A DNA stretch of 63,536 nucleotides, filler included, from Collodictyon triciliatum (taxonomy: Eukaryota): the NCBI GenBank assembly GCA_043381765.1. It is 4 parts of 4 records of this genome, joined end to end, with 100 filler letters (N's around TTAATTAATTAA, not from the genome) between each part and the next. Parts side by side here need not be neighbours in the genome. Positions count along the whole stretch, not along the records: positions 1 to 24,682 come from JBHJMP010000410.1; positions 24,783 to 38,493 come from JBHJMP010000411.1; positions 38,594 to 56,224 come from JBHJMP010000413.1; 1 more part is not named here. One strand, written 5' to 3'. The notes below the pieces were generated by a model. The model saw only the letters and a list, made by a program, of their open reading frames with translations, ran no database searches and had not been told where the DNA came from. Below, in pieces: positions 13,001 to 44,740 of this stretch. Made by a program: the position numbers and the translations under genes. Numbering within the stretch: position 1 is the stretch's first letter; the number at the start of each line of letters is the position of its first letter.

Positions 13001-13801
13001 TAATGATCAGAAATTTGTCTCAAAATCCACAAATCGTTCGGGGTGGTGGCGACGTTGAGTCGAATATTTCAATGGTATTCCAAAATTTCCTCATCATATT
13101 CAAGTTAATCGATATATGATATTGCATACTTTTGCTTTATTTGCTTTATTTCTTTACATGTTTATTTGTTTATTTATTTGTTTATCTTTTTTATTTGTTT
13201 ATTTGTTTGTTTGTTTGTTTGTTTGTTTGTTTGTTTGTTTGTTTGTTTGTTTGTTTGTTTGTTTGTTTGTTTGTTTGTTTGTTTGTTTGTTTGTTTGTTT
13301 GTTTTATCCATTTGTCCAATTATCATTATTGCATTTAAACTGATCTCTTATCACCTAGGGTCTCAAGCTATGTCCATCTATCCGATCTGAGATGAGGTTT
13401 TTAATTTTTATAAAAATAGAAACAATACCATGCACTTCAGCCAAATATACTCCTTACTTGAGCCATTTCCAACGCAGGTTGATTGTTGATGCATGGGCTG
13501 ATGCTCTCCTCAAGGTATCAGCAGTGATAAAACTAAGCGAGGAAACCAGCAGGATCGAGGGTGATACCGATGTATGGCTCCTAAAATACCTTATGTCTAA
13601 AGTTATCATGGTTTTCAAAATTTTCTATACAAAACAAGGGTGAAGAAGTGATCAAAATCCTTGATAAACATCAATCATCAGGATGTCTTCCTGCCTCTTT
13701 GTACCATCCTTGGCTACATCCAAGGAGCAACAGTCTTACTAGCCTCTATTCTCAAGATCGATCTTATAGTAATTGAGGAAGGCTGCAAAGATATCAACTA
13801 G
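10028..13801 (+). CDS. Divergent group II chaperonin-like protein (BBS10/MKKS/BBS12-type), multi-exon
   Basis: Spliced motifs match the Cpn60/TCP1 fold: NSIGHSGSSKLF (like SLGPxGxDKM), HGHTIIKLMKSRDPIILLVSDALQLQFERYGDGTVCLVIFLGELARK (GDGT), LKAENVGIVICQW, GGGDVE, AWADALLKV, and C-terminal GATVLLASILKIDLIV. It is too divergent for a canonical CCT subunit. Confidence 0.8.
13195..13303. repeat. (TTTG)n microsatellite, intronic
   Basis: Read directly. Confidence 0.95.
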
Positions 13802-14487
13802 ACTCCATTTTCATCAAGTAATCAACACATTCACAAATAATATTACTATTGTGGTGCATCACATGTATGAGTATGACTTTACGCATCAGTTTTTGTGGAA
13901 GGGCATACTTGTAGACTTTCTCTATTATAGACTGCTCTCTTTCTCTCTTCCTCCAGTTTCTTGGTGTTGTACCGACACGAAGTCGGAACTAATTAGTTGG
14001 CCTTGATACTTTTCTACCTTCCCGAAAGCAATCTGCGCTCCGGCTTCAAAGTAGTCTCTAGAACAAGATAACCTAATGACACACACGCATCACACCTCCT
14101 TTGTAACCGGCTTGCCTCATTTCCCCCTTCTGTCACCGTATCTCCTGGCGAGGACTTGCTGCGCTTTTGGTCGCGTGAGTTGACTCTGCAGTCCCGGCAG
14201 AGGGTGCAGCCTCCTCCGAGAAATACCATAGATTCCAGAATAGGATATGATGACAACCCAAGCCTTCCGCACAACCAACACTCGCACACATTTGCACACA
14301 GAATTCATGCTCATTTTATTTCCTCCTAACTTTCTTTCTTTCGTCCTTGTGCATTCCTCCAAACTCGTCTTTGCTCGATCCAAAGAGGCCTTTGATTCAA
14401 ACTTGAATTATTATTGCGGATAATTGTTTCATTTTGGCTGCATGAATAAAATCCCAGACAGCTCCCTGGTTGCGTACTTGTATTAGT

Positions 14488-14593
14488 CTTTTGTTTTTGT
14501 TTTTGTTTTTGTTTTTGTTTTTGTTTTTGTTTTTGTTTTTGTTTTTGTTTTTGTTTTTGTTTTTGTTTTTGTTTTTGTTTTTGTTTTTGTTTT
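14488..14593. repeat. (TTTTTG)n microsatellite
   Basis: Read directly. Confidence 0.95.
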
Positions 14594-14972
14594 GGTGTAA
14601 GGACGATCACAACAAAAAGAAGCATAAATGAAACGTCTGTACGCAACTCCTCTGCGAAGCACCTGATCCTCCTATGAGCAGCTATGGCTTTTTTTCCTCC
14701 TTATGGTTCCTTGTCCTTTCCCCTCCGCCCTTTTTTCCCTCCTTTTTCTCTTCCTTTTTCTCTTCCTTTTTCTCTTCCTATTTCCCCTTTATCCCCCTTT
14801 TTTATTTCTCCTGAATCTCTCTCTCTCTCTCTCTTGATGATTTGTTTTGTCGGCTATATGGGAAAGTGGGTCGGGAGTTCTACCGCACAGCATAGCTTTA
14901 AACTTGGCAAACCTCAAAATTGATCAATGAAATTAAAATAACTACGGACACCCTTTGTCAGGTTTTGGCAAC

Positions 14973-16983
14973 ATGTTTTCAACAATCATCGGGACGTTTC
15001 TTGTGGGCCACTTTCTGGCCAGTGTAGACAGCGCACCGATCCATTCATTCCTGGTATTGTTGGGGATTCTTGCATTTCACCAAGTGCTTTTCCGCTGGCT
15101 GGAGAGCCCGTTTTCTTGGAGGTTTCAGATTTGGCGGCTTTGGAAGAAAAAAGCCCAGAAAAGAAAGAGTCTTTCAGGCGAGACAAGCATCTCATACGAG
15201 GACGTGATTCTTCCAGCACATGATCAGAATCGTCCTGCTTTGAATCCAACATTCTCACAAGTATCGCTATTACTTTCCTTATGATATTGACAGTAACGTA
15301 AAGCAACTGTGCTTCCCTTCCTATGCTTCCTATCACCTTATTTCCCCCCTCTTTTATTTTATTTACATTTTCATATTGCTGTCGTTATATGTATTCATGA
15401 ATAAATGGCGGTAATTGTAGTTAGACTTTCACTCCATCAACGTGCGCGACTTTCTTGAAAAGGTATATCACACGTTCTTATTCACTCGTATAACTGTTAT
15501 GTTTCATAAGTGAAGGTATGATTTTTGTATGAAGCACACTTTTTACCCATCGGATTTACACCTCCGTTTCTAACATACTTTGAACCAGAAAATATCCGTC
15601 AGGCAGGCAGAATCATGCGACTGGCTTAACTACTTCTTTCAAGGGATGTGGAGGTCATCCCTAGAATCACAGCTTTGGGTAACAAATAACCAACGTTTTA
15701 AGTCAAACGATTTTATAGTAAGGATGCTGGACTTGGGACCTTTACTAGTGTTTCTAAAATAAAAACACATATATACTTAATATTCTTTTCTCCCCTCAAA
15801 CCAATTAGTCTGGCGTGGAAATTTCAATACTCCAATTCCTGAAGAAGCACAAACCAGCATTTGTGGTACTCGGCGGACATATTTATACATCGCCAAGATA
15901 CAACTCTAATTTTTTTTTTAATGGTATCAATCACGTTAATCCAGAGCTATATGATTGATGGCCCATGTAGGAGTCTATCGAAATCAAAATCCATCCCGGG
16001 AGACATCCTCCAACCTTCATCGACATGCGTAATATATCCTCGTCGGCAAACGAAATGGTATGTACTGCTCTGGACCACTTTCTAATTTTATTTAATGTGA
16101 TTTTACTCTATATCGTTGGTATCGAAGCCTAATGTTTCTAGTTATGAAAATTCACACTTAAGAAATCATAGGAATTTGAATCTAAGTGCCAGTTCGTGGG
16201 CGATGCCAAAATTGATGTGATAGCAAACTTTAAAGTGCCATTCATGACATCCCGCATAATATCAATTCCAGTGACTGCGACCGATTGTACCTTCCTTGGG
16301 CAGGTGCTGTCACATTATTTCTTTTACTTCCTTTGCATTTAAAAATAAAGAAATACATATTTACATACTTGACTGCGTTTGATTGATTATGTATAGCATT
16401 ATGTTTATATTCGTTATTATTTATTATTATTATTCATTATAATTATTCTTTTGTCTTCCTAATTCCCCTGCTTCCATGTCCCAACGGATTTTAAGGTATG
16501 GGCTGGAATCCATTATTGTGAGGATTTCCCCTTCATCGAGCAAGTTTCACTCGCCTTCCAGTCACGTCCTCGTATCACTGTGAAAGTAAATACCTTGGCG
16601 CAGCTGAATGTATTTCAGGTTTGCTCTACTTCATGTCTATGCTTTCTTTTTCTCTTTCACGTTTTCCTCGCTTTTTCTTTTCTTTTCTTTTCTTTTCTCT
16701 CAGTGTTTCCTTACTATTATCGTATCTGAAAGGTGCCATTGCTATCTGAGTGGCTGAAAGTGATGATAACGGAAAAGGCTATCGACGCACTAGTCTATCC
16801 AAAGGTTTATTAACTTATTTTTGTTTCTCGTTTTATTGTTTTCTGAAAAAGAAAAAAAAAGGAATGCAAATTACGCCTATAAAGAACTAATCTTGTGATC
16901 ATCCATATCTTACGAATTGAAGTAACGATGTGCTTTTCTTAGTACGTGTTTTCTGAAATTCAGAGAACATTTGCATAGTCTAA
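14973..16983 (+). CDS. Membrane-anchored SMP (TULIP) domain lipid-transfer protein, Mmm1/E-Syt-like, no C2 domain visible
   Basis: N-terminal hydrophobic segments; SMP start motif AESCDWLNYFFQGMWR (about 15610); SMP end FPFIEQVSLAFQSRPRITVKVNTLAQLNVFQ|VPLLSEWLKVMITEKAIDALVYPK. A stop follows within a few codons, and a convergent gene begins shortly after. Confidence 0.82.
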
Positions 16984-17167
16984 ACACTCACTATCAACTC
17001 TCAATAGAGCTTTACAATCAATGTGAAGAGTATTCTCGCAAACGGATCAAAATCCCAGAAGAAAGATGCATGTACAATGACAGACCCATAGTTATGGCTC
17101 CATGCCAATTTTGAATCAATCCATATTTTTCCTTCTCGATCGTTTTATACATGTAATCCCACGTATG

Positions 17168-17200
<33 letters not shown>

Positions 17201-17219
17201 AATATGAAACATCGTAGAT

Positions 17220-25214
<7,995 letters not shown>

Positions 25215-25347
25215 TTATATATTAATATAAATATATAAATGATTCCATTCCTTGGGTTTAGCTTCTGGACCAATCGTCTACCCTAAATTTTCTCCTATAT
25301 TTATCGTATAATTTTTGAAGTTAGTCTAACAAGATATTAACATTACG

Positions 25348-38130
<12,783 letters not shown>

Positions 38131-38174
38131 GTTTGGGTTCTGCTGTCTGTGCGAGATTATCCCAACGTTATGTC

Positions 38175-38178
<4 letters not shown>

Positions 38179-38253
<75 letters not shown>
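38179..38253. repeat. (GA)n microsatellite upstream of the ELAPOR-like start
   Basis: Read directly. Confidence 0.95.
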
Positions 38254-38258
<5 letters not shown>

Positions 38259-38493
38259 AGAGAAAAAAGAGAGATGCGTAGAGACGTGATTCTTAGCGCT
38301 GAGTGGGGTACATATTAGCTTGCTGTATTGCTGCTTCAAATCCTCATTGTTGTTCTCTTTTTTTCTTTTATCTTGTTTTTGGTTTTTTTTTTGTTTATTT
38401 TGGTTTTCTATGGTTTTCTATTGTTTTATTTTGCTTTATTTTCTTTTATCTTGTTTTTGGTTTTTTTTGTTTTTTTTTGTTTTTTTTGGTTTT

Positions 38494-38593
38494 NNNNNNN
38501 NNNNNNNNNNNNNNNNNNNNNNNNNNNNNNNNNNNNNTTAATTAATTAANNNNNNNNNNNNNNNNNNNNNNNNNNNNNNNNNNNNNNNNNNNN
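38494..38593. other. Artificial scaffold linker N-TTAATTAATTAA-N
   Basis: Linker at 38538-38549; it cuts off the NACHT-like gene. Confidence 0.9.
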
Positions 38594-41500
38594 TTCAGGG
38601 TCTTGTCATAGCGGATGAGGAAGGATTCGACACCATCCTTAATTTCGCCCTCGGTCAACTTGGCGACAGGAATCGGCTCCAGTCCACTTTGCTTGGCAGA
38701 CTTGTGATATAGATACATTTAAGTAAAGTTCCACTCAAATAATTTCATGCAGAATATAAACATATCCAAAAAATAATATTAAATGGTGAATACCGTGCAA
38801 GATTCATGAGTATGAATGGTCGACACAACCATGGCAACATTAGCTGCTGTTTCTTTGGGCAACCAGGTCAGCAAATGCGGAGCTGGCGTTTCTTGCGACG
38901 GGTGGATTTGGTTGATGGCATCGATGAGAAAGACAAACTTCTCGTCCCTATAATACATAATTTAATATCAATTTTTTATTTGATTCAAAGTATTTTAATT
39001 TTGACTTTATAAATTAAATAGACATAAAAATTGAAGTATTACATGTTTTTCTCCTGAATCATCTTCAGCAAGCCCTGGAGTCCCTCTTTTTCGTATTCTG
39101 GTGATAAAAAAAATAAAATAAATGCATGAAGAAGTATACGACATTTAAATTAAAAAGATAAAAATAAAATACAATAATGTAAAACCTGCTTCTTGGTTCT
39201 TTTCCCCGACAAAGTTGGCAGAGTTAGCGACCAGAGTCCAGAAACGAATCGAAACACTAAAATAAAACAAATATTTTTTGAAAAACCAAAATAATATCTA
39301 TAAAAACAAAAAGACATAGAAATAACCTTTCCACGTAGTTGCTGAGATTGGTGCATCCGACAAAATGGAAAAAGACATGCAGCCCAGGATGCGTCAGCCC
39401 TTCCAGGTCTCTCGCTGTAGCAGCCATGAGCGACGACTTTCCAATTCCAGACTCCGCAGCAAGAACGATGATTTTGGATTTCTCGGTGTTCAGCTGATTC
39501 ATGACCTGATGAAAATAATTATTGATAAGAAAAGATTAATCAAAGGATATTGTTGTCATTTTGATTTATTCATCTTTATCTTACTTGCTCCGTTATTGTC
39601 TTGAGAAGCTCCTTTCTTCCGCCAAACCCAGCCAATCGATGCATCTTGAACTGGTGCTGCGCTTGGTCTTCAGGGTCTCTCACCTATGTTATATTTAAGT
39701 CAACAAAATATAAATGAAATATATATCACCAATCAATACTGATATCTCAATCCATTAAAAATAACAAAAAAAAATACGGTTTGATTCCCAAAGTCACGCT
39801 CGATGGCGTAGGAGAGATGGTAGGTCACAAAGTCCGAATACTCCTTCGCTCCTTTGTAAACAACATGCCCGAACTTGGCCTTGACTTTCCCTTTGAGCTC
39901 GTCTTGCCTCTTACGCTAAAAAAAATACATTATAATATATGTCAAATAATTCAAATAATTAAATAAACGTAATATAATTACTCTAAAACGAAAACATAAG
40001 AGTTTATCTATCAATTTTTACCGCCTCTTCGCTTTCAGCTTGGAATAGCTTTCTTTCTTCCTCGTTCTTGGCATGTTCGACAGCATAGTGCTCATCGCGG
40101 AGGTAAAAGAAGGCGCGGCTGCATGCTGGTTTGTCAATCAGACAGGCGTACTGAATCTGAACATGAATACATGATTTAGAGATTTTTTTGTTTATTTTTC
40201 AATCAATATTCATAAATAGATACAGAATAAAATGTAGACATTCGCTTCACCTCGTATTCAGTCACACTCAACCCAGGCATTCTGTCAATGAATGGGAAGC
40301 GACTATTGGTTTCACTGCGCCATTCCACCCAAATATCCTTCATGGTGGCATCAGGCTTGGTATTCAGCAGCTCCTCAAGGCGGGCTTGCTTGTTCAGCTC
40401 CGTTTTGTTCTGGTCAGGAATCCAGCCGTAACGCGCACCGAGGGAGCACACAAAGTATGGACATTTTCCGATGGAGTCCAGACAGCGAATCACAACCTTT
40501 GAAATAAACAAGAGAAAATTGAAGTTAATTCTATAAAATTGCAGCATATTGAAAATTATCAAAAAATAACGAATTAATAATATTCTGATTACCCATCCCT
40601 CACTACTGTCCACAGAAGTCAGTCCCCAGCGCAAATCGATAAAGACAAGGTCCACTCCCAATGATTTCGCAAGTCTTTTCAACCTGACATAAAAGTAATA
40701 TTGTTAAGAAAATAAATCATCAAATTATTTTTTTCCTTTATTCGATTCAAAGAAAAACATCAAATTATCATTCCTTATCATAGATTTATTTATAAAAATG
40801 CATTAAACTAACTCAGGGGCTCCATTCTTGAAAAACTCGTCTCTTTCTTGCTGCATGTCACGGAAGGTCGAGGAAAGGAAAACACGGATGACACGCTCAT
40901 CAAAAACAATTTGTGGCAATGGTGTTGGTGTCACGTATCTTTGTGGAGCCGGATTCCACTTCTTGTATTGTCTCTCCTTCAGGTCTTCACGAGCAAGCTT
41001 CATCTGGTTTGAAAAGGACATTATATTTCACATATCGGAAAGGATTTGGCCAAATTTTTCTTATTTTTTAATAAATTATAAATTGCCTTGTCAAGAAGAA
41101 TGCAAGTGCGGATGAGTACGACAGAGCCTTTTTCTTCCAGACCAAGACCTGCATCAATATTTGAATTTAATTTAGTTGGGAAATAAATATAAAACAATAA
41201 ATTAATAAAAATATAAAAAAACTAAATATAAATCGAATTTCAACCTTGGAACGGAAACGGGGCCTTCGCTCTTTCGTAGAGCTTCTTGGAAATATCGTAC
41301 CTCTCACGACATTTTTTCTACAATTTTTAACGATTGGAAATTATATTTCGGCATGGTTCAAAAAATAAAAAAAACCTTAAATATGAAAGATTAAAAGGAG
41401 GTGTATTTTGTTACCCCAAGACTTCCCAAATGGTCAACACTTTGCCCAATAAGACACTGGAGCATTGCATTGAGCAAATCTGTAGGAATACTTATATGTC

Positions 41501-42067
41501 AGTTACTCATACAAAATAAATGGATGAGATATGAAAAGTTCCAATATTAGTTCCCTTTAAAATAAATAAAGCAAACCAGCGTAATGAGACTGAGAAGCAA
41601 CAGCCTCATCATGCACATTCAATTTCAGAAACCAATCAACAATGAGTTTTTGATTCTCGTCAACAAGAACTTCCTCCTCAATAGTTCTGTCACTGATATA
41701 AATAAAGGGATTAAATACCAATACATGGAAGGAATAAACTATAAAAATTGTGAATATCATAGATAAATCATACGCAAACAAGCGGGAATGGTAGCTTCCC
41801 AAGGACTTTCCGGTAACCGCCTCAATCAGCATGGCCAAAAAGGAACCCATCCATTAAGTCATATCGGATGTTCTTCGCCTTGAGCTCGATTTTTCCCAGA
41901 TGGTGGTTCACCCATTCGAGGACAGCCTGTGCTCAGTTGCCAAATTAAGTTATCAATCCTGACCAATAAATATAATATTTCTTGAAGATAATGCATGTAT
42001 TTGTACAGACTTCGTCAATGGTGACAAGGCTGACGTTGGCTTCGGTGCTTGTTTCGGATGCAGACAT
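38594..42067 (-). CDS. Calponin-homology-like + DUF4062 + NACHT/STAND-like NTPase (TEP1/NPHP3/NWD1-type core), 3'-truncated at a gap
   Basis: DUF4062: IRVFLSSTFRDMQQERD...FIDLRWG...CLDSIGKCPYFVCSLGARYGWIP...SVTEYEIQYA...AFFYLR. NTPase: FGGRKELL, Walker A IIVLAAESGIGKSSLMA, FFHFVG, Walker B FVFLIDAINQI, LTWLP...VVST. N-terminal AVLEWVNHHLGK...DLMDG-x-LAMLIEAVTGKSL fits a CH domain, with an apparent one-base frameshift at 41837-41841. Confidence 0.85.
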
Positions 42068-42937
42068 GTTTTGAATCTTCCTATTTCTTTGTGTGTGTTG
42101 CATAAAAAACATCGTATTCATGGGTTATAATATATGCCAATTATCAATGATGTTATTCTCCTTTTTCATGAATGGATATTGTTTGATTTATCGATTCGTA
42201 TGTTGAATGCGTTTTTGGATAGTTTCGATGGGCTAACAAGATTATATTAAAGCTCAAAACTTTATATTACAACTCTTAATATTTTTTATATTTCTTATTT
42301 ATGAAATAAACTGTTCGTGAATACAAATATATCTCAATATGAGATGAATTCTATGATTTGATTGCTTTTTTTTTTGTAATTAATATGGATGTGAGTTGCT
42401 TATGCATCATACAGCCACTAAACATTCTCTTAATGCTAAATATTTCGTATAATATACAAATGTGATGTATGCAAGTCTGCGTAATAGATTGATATTCTTC
42501 CAGGTCAACTTATATAATTCCTTTGAATCTATTCGAAATTGTGCAAATGTCCCAAACTATATGTGATGGTTAGTATGTTCCCACAGAATGACAAATTCAA
42601 AAATTAAATAAAATTGTTACCAATACTCATGTAATACTCTCCATTAATTATAGCCTGGGTTTCATGGAGAAGGCTTTACGTGGGATAAAAAAAAACCAAA
42701 CCACCACCGCTTAAGGTTTCCAGGTTTAGGTGCTTGCCCTTCAATTCAACGTGAGCGTTTTTTTCCAAATGTGCCTTGCATTAACAGACAAATCATGAAA
42801 AACAAAAATGCTTCGTTAGGAATTATCCTTGTATGATAATACTATTCGAGTGAAAAAGGAAATATGCATTTTGCATGAAAATAAAAAATAATTCTGAATT
42901 CATAATATTGCACTTTGAATTGCTTGTCCAGATTGTT

Positions 42938-44330
42938 TTAGTGTGAGGCGCGTCTCCAAGAATCCGTCCGCTCTTTTTGGAAAGCCCTTGTGAAGGTTGC
43001 TCTTGATTGAACGATGCTTATTCTTCCATAGCTCCGGGTGGTTGGGTTTAAAAGGGTCGACATTGTCTTTCTATGATTGACAGCTCGTTCTGTTAGTGTT
43101 TGCGACGGTGTTAACCATGATATTTTTCTTTTGGCTTTTTCCTTGCGTTCCTTGACAGAGTACGAAATAGAAGGGAAACGTAACATATAATTTTTTTTTT
43201 TTTGTACTTTGGGTAGTTCTGATGTTGGATTGTTATTCAGCGCTTCATTCATCAAAAACACGTTTTAACCCTTGGAGAATACTGTGAATATGAGTTGTTT
43301 CTTGTTTTTCAGGTACCTTCAGAGTTGCCCTTGATGAAGCCCGGAGGAATGCGGCAGATATTGAGCAGCAGGGAGCTGGCCTCTCTCTAGGTATGAGCAC
43401 GAAAAAAAAAAAAGCAGTTCAGTATTATTTTACTCTCGTCTCTGCAATTATTTTTTTTGGCAGGATGGTGATGTATTCTTGAAGTTGATCGAATAGCTGG
43501 TTCATAGTCTTCTTATTATGGCAATCAAGATCTTTCAGGACTGGGCTTATTCTTTCCTTATCTGTATGTGGGCGTGGTAGTTCTGGGACATTTGTGCTTA
43601 CCTCGAAGGCGGACGTGGCAGCCGGTTCCGTACAGGTTCTGCTTCCAGGCGCTCTTTGTGGGCGATTAGGTGTGGCTGGGAATCTTTGGTCGAGCAGAGG
43701 GCTCCATTCTTGCGCTCGGTTGTGTGTTTGCTTCAAGCCAGCGCTTTCGATCTCCGTGCCGTTATTCCAAGAAAATGAAAGAAAAATAAAAACATTAGAG
43801 AAAAAATAAAAATATATATTTATTCTTCCTTTCAATTTTGTGCAGGATGGTGGAGATGTTGGCTTTGGTTCGCTAGCCATCGTTTGCATGGACGCTACTT
43901 GGTGGCCGAGTGGCGGAGTAGTCGGTAATCAGGAATTGCATCCTGCGGTTTGGCCTGTAGCCTGGGTCTATAAAATATATATATAGTTATGATATGTTTG
44001 ATTGGCGATGTGTATGCAGTTCATCATATGAAAACAAAAAGATAAATGATGAGAATTGATTCAGACAACCATCAATGCCGTTCCATCAAAGGCTTTCTTA
44101 TGAAGTGCTCAGTTGATTGTGGGAATAAGAGAGGGAATGAACCTTCGGTCGAGCGTGTGAGAGCATCGACCGGTGATCGGCTGAAAATATGCCTTGTGAT
44201 TGCCAAGAAAGACCAATAAATGCACATATAAGTCGATCAGCGGCTAATGTTAAGCGTCCTTCAGGACAAAACGAAAAGATTGAGAAGGACAGAGGATGAA
44301 GAATGGTTGAGTGAAAGACAGCTGTCACGG
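42938..44330 (-). CDS. Hypothetical orphan protein, multi-exon, possibly decayed
   Basis: Moderately GC-rich open segments (43425-43770, 42938-43261, about 43310-43390); no family recognised. Confidence 0.3.
43820..43971 (-). mobile_element. 5'-truncated retroposed 3' end (end of an ORF plus 3' UTR), family copy 1
   Basis: Homologous to 53447-53605 (+) and 46990-47042 (-); reads DPGYRPNRRMQFLITDY...VHANDG* and ends in GAAGAATAAA. Possible low-complexity TSD AAAATATATAT at 43809-43819 and 43972-43982. Confidence 0.65.
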
Positions 44331-44561
44331 CAAAACATCAGAACGCTGAAAGGGATTGTGATTGGAAATAAAAAAATAGTGAGTCAAAGAATAGTCAGAA
44401 AATCAATCTTGGAATTCCAGATTGAGAAATTATAGTGAAATGCTGCGATAGTGTCCATATATAGATTACCAACTTATATATAACTTTCTTTTTTCTTTTT
44501 TGTACTTACTTGAGGGGGAAGGGGTGGTTTTTGGGTTTGTTAAATCTTCACCTACACCAGG

Positions 44562-44740
44562 AAAAAAAAGAAAAAAAAAGAAAAAAAAAGAAAAAAAAGA
44601 AAAAAAAGAAAAAAAAAAAAAAATGAAAAAAATGAAAAAAATGAAAAAAATGAAAAAAATGAAAAAAATGAAAAAAATGAAAAAAATGAAAAAAATGAAA
44701 AAATGAAAAAAATGAAAAAAATGAAAAAAATGAAAAAAGT
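44562..44740. repeat. (AAAAAAATG)n A-rich array
   Basis: Read directly. Confidence 0.9.

Noticed and set aside
13810..14700. Possible small minus-strand gene between the chaperonin-like and SMP genes
   Set aside because: Some coding-like segments, but I could not build a consistent spliced model or recognise a motif
41080..41125. Possible second GC donor (AAG|GCAATT) in the NACHT-like gene
   Set aside because: An in-phase GT donor (GTC|GTACTC) just upstream explains the junction equally well
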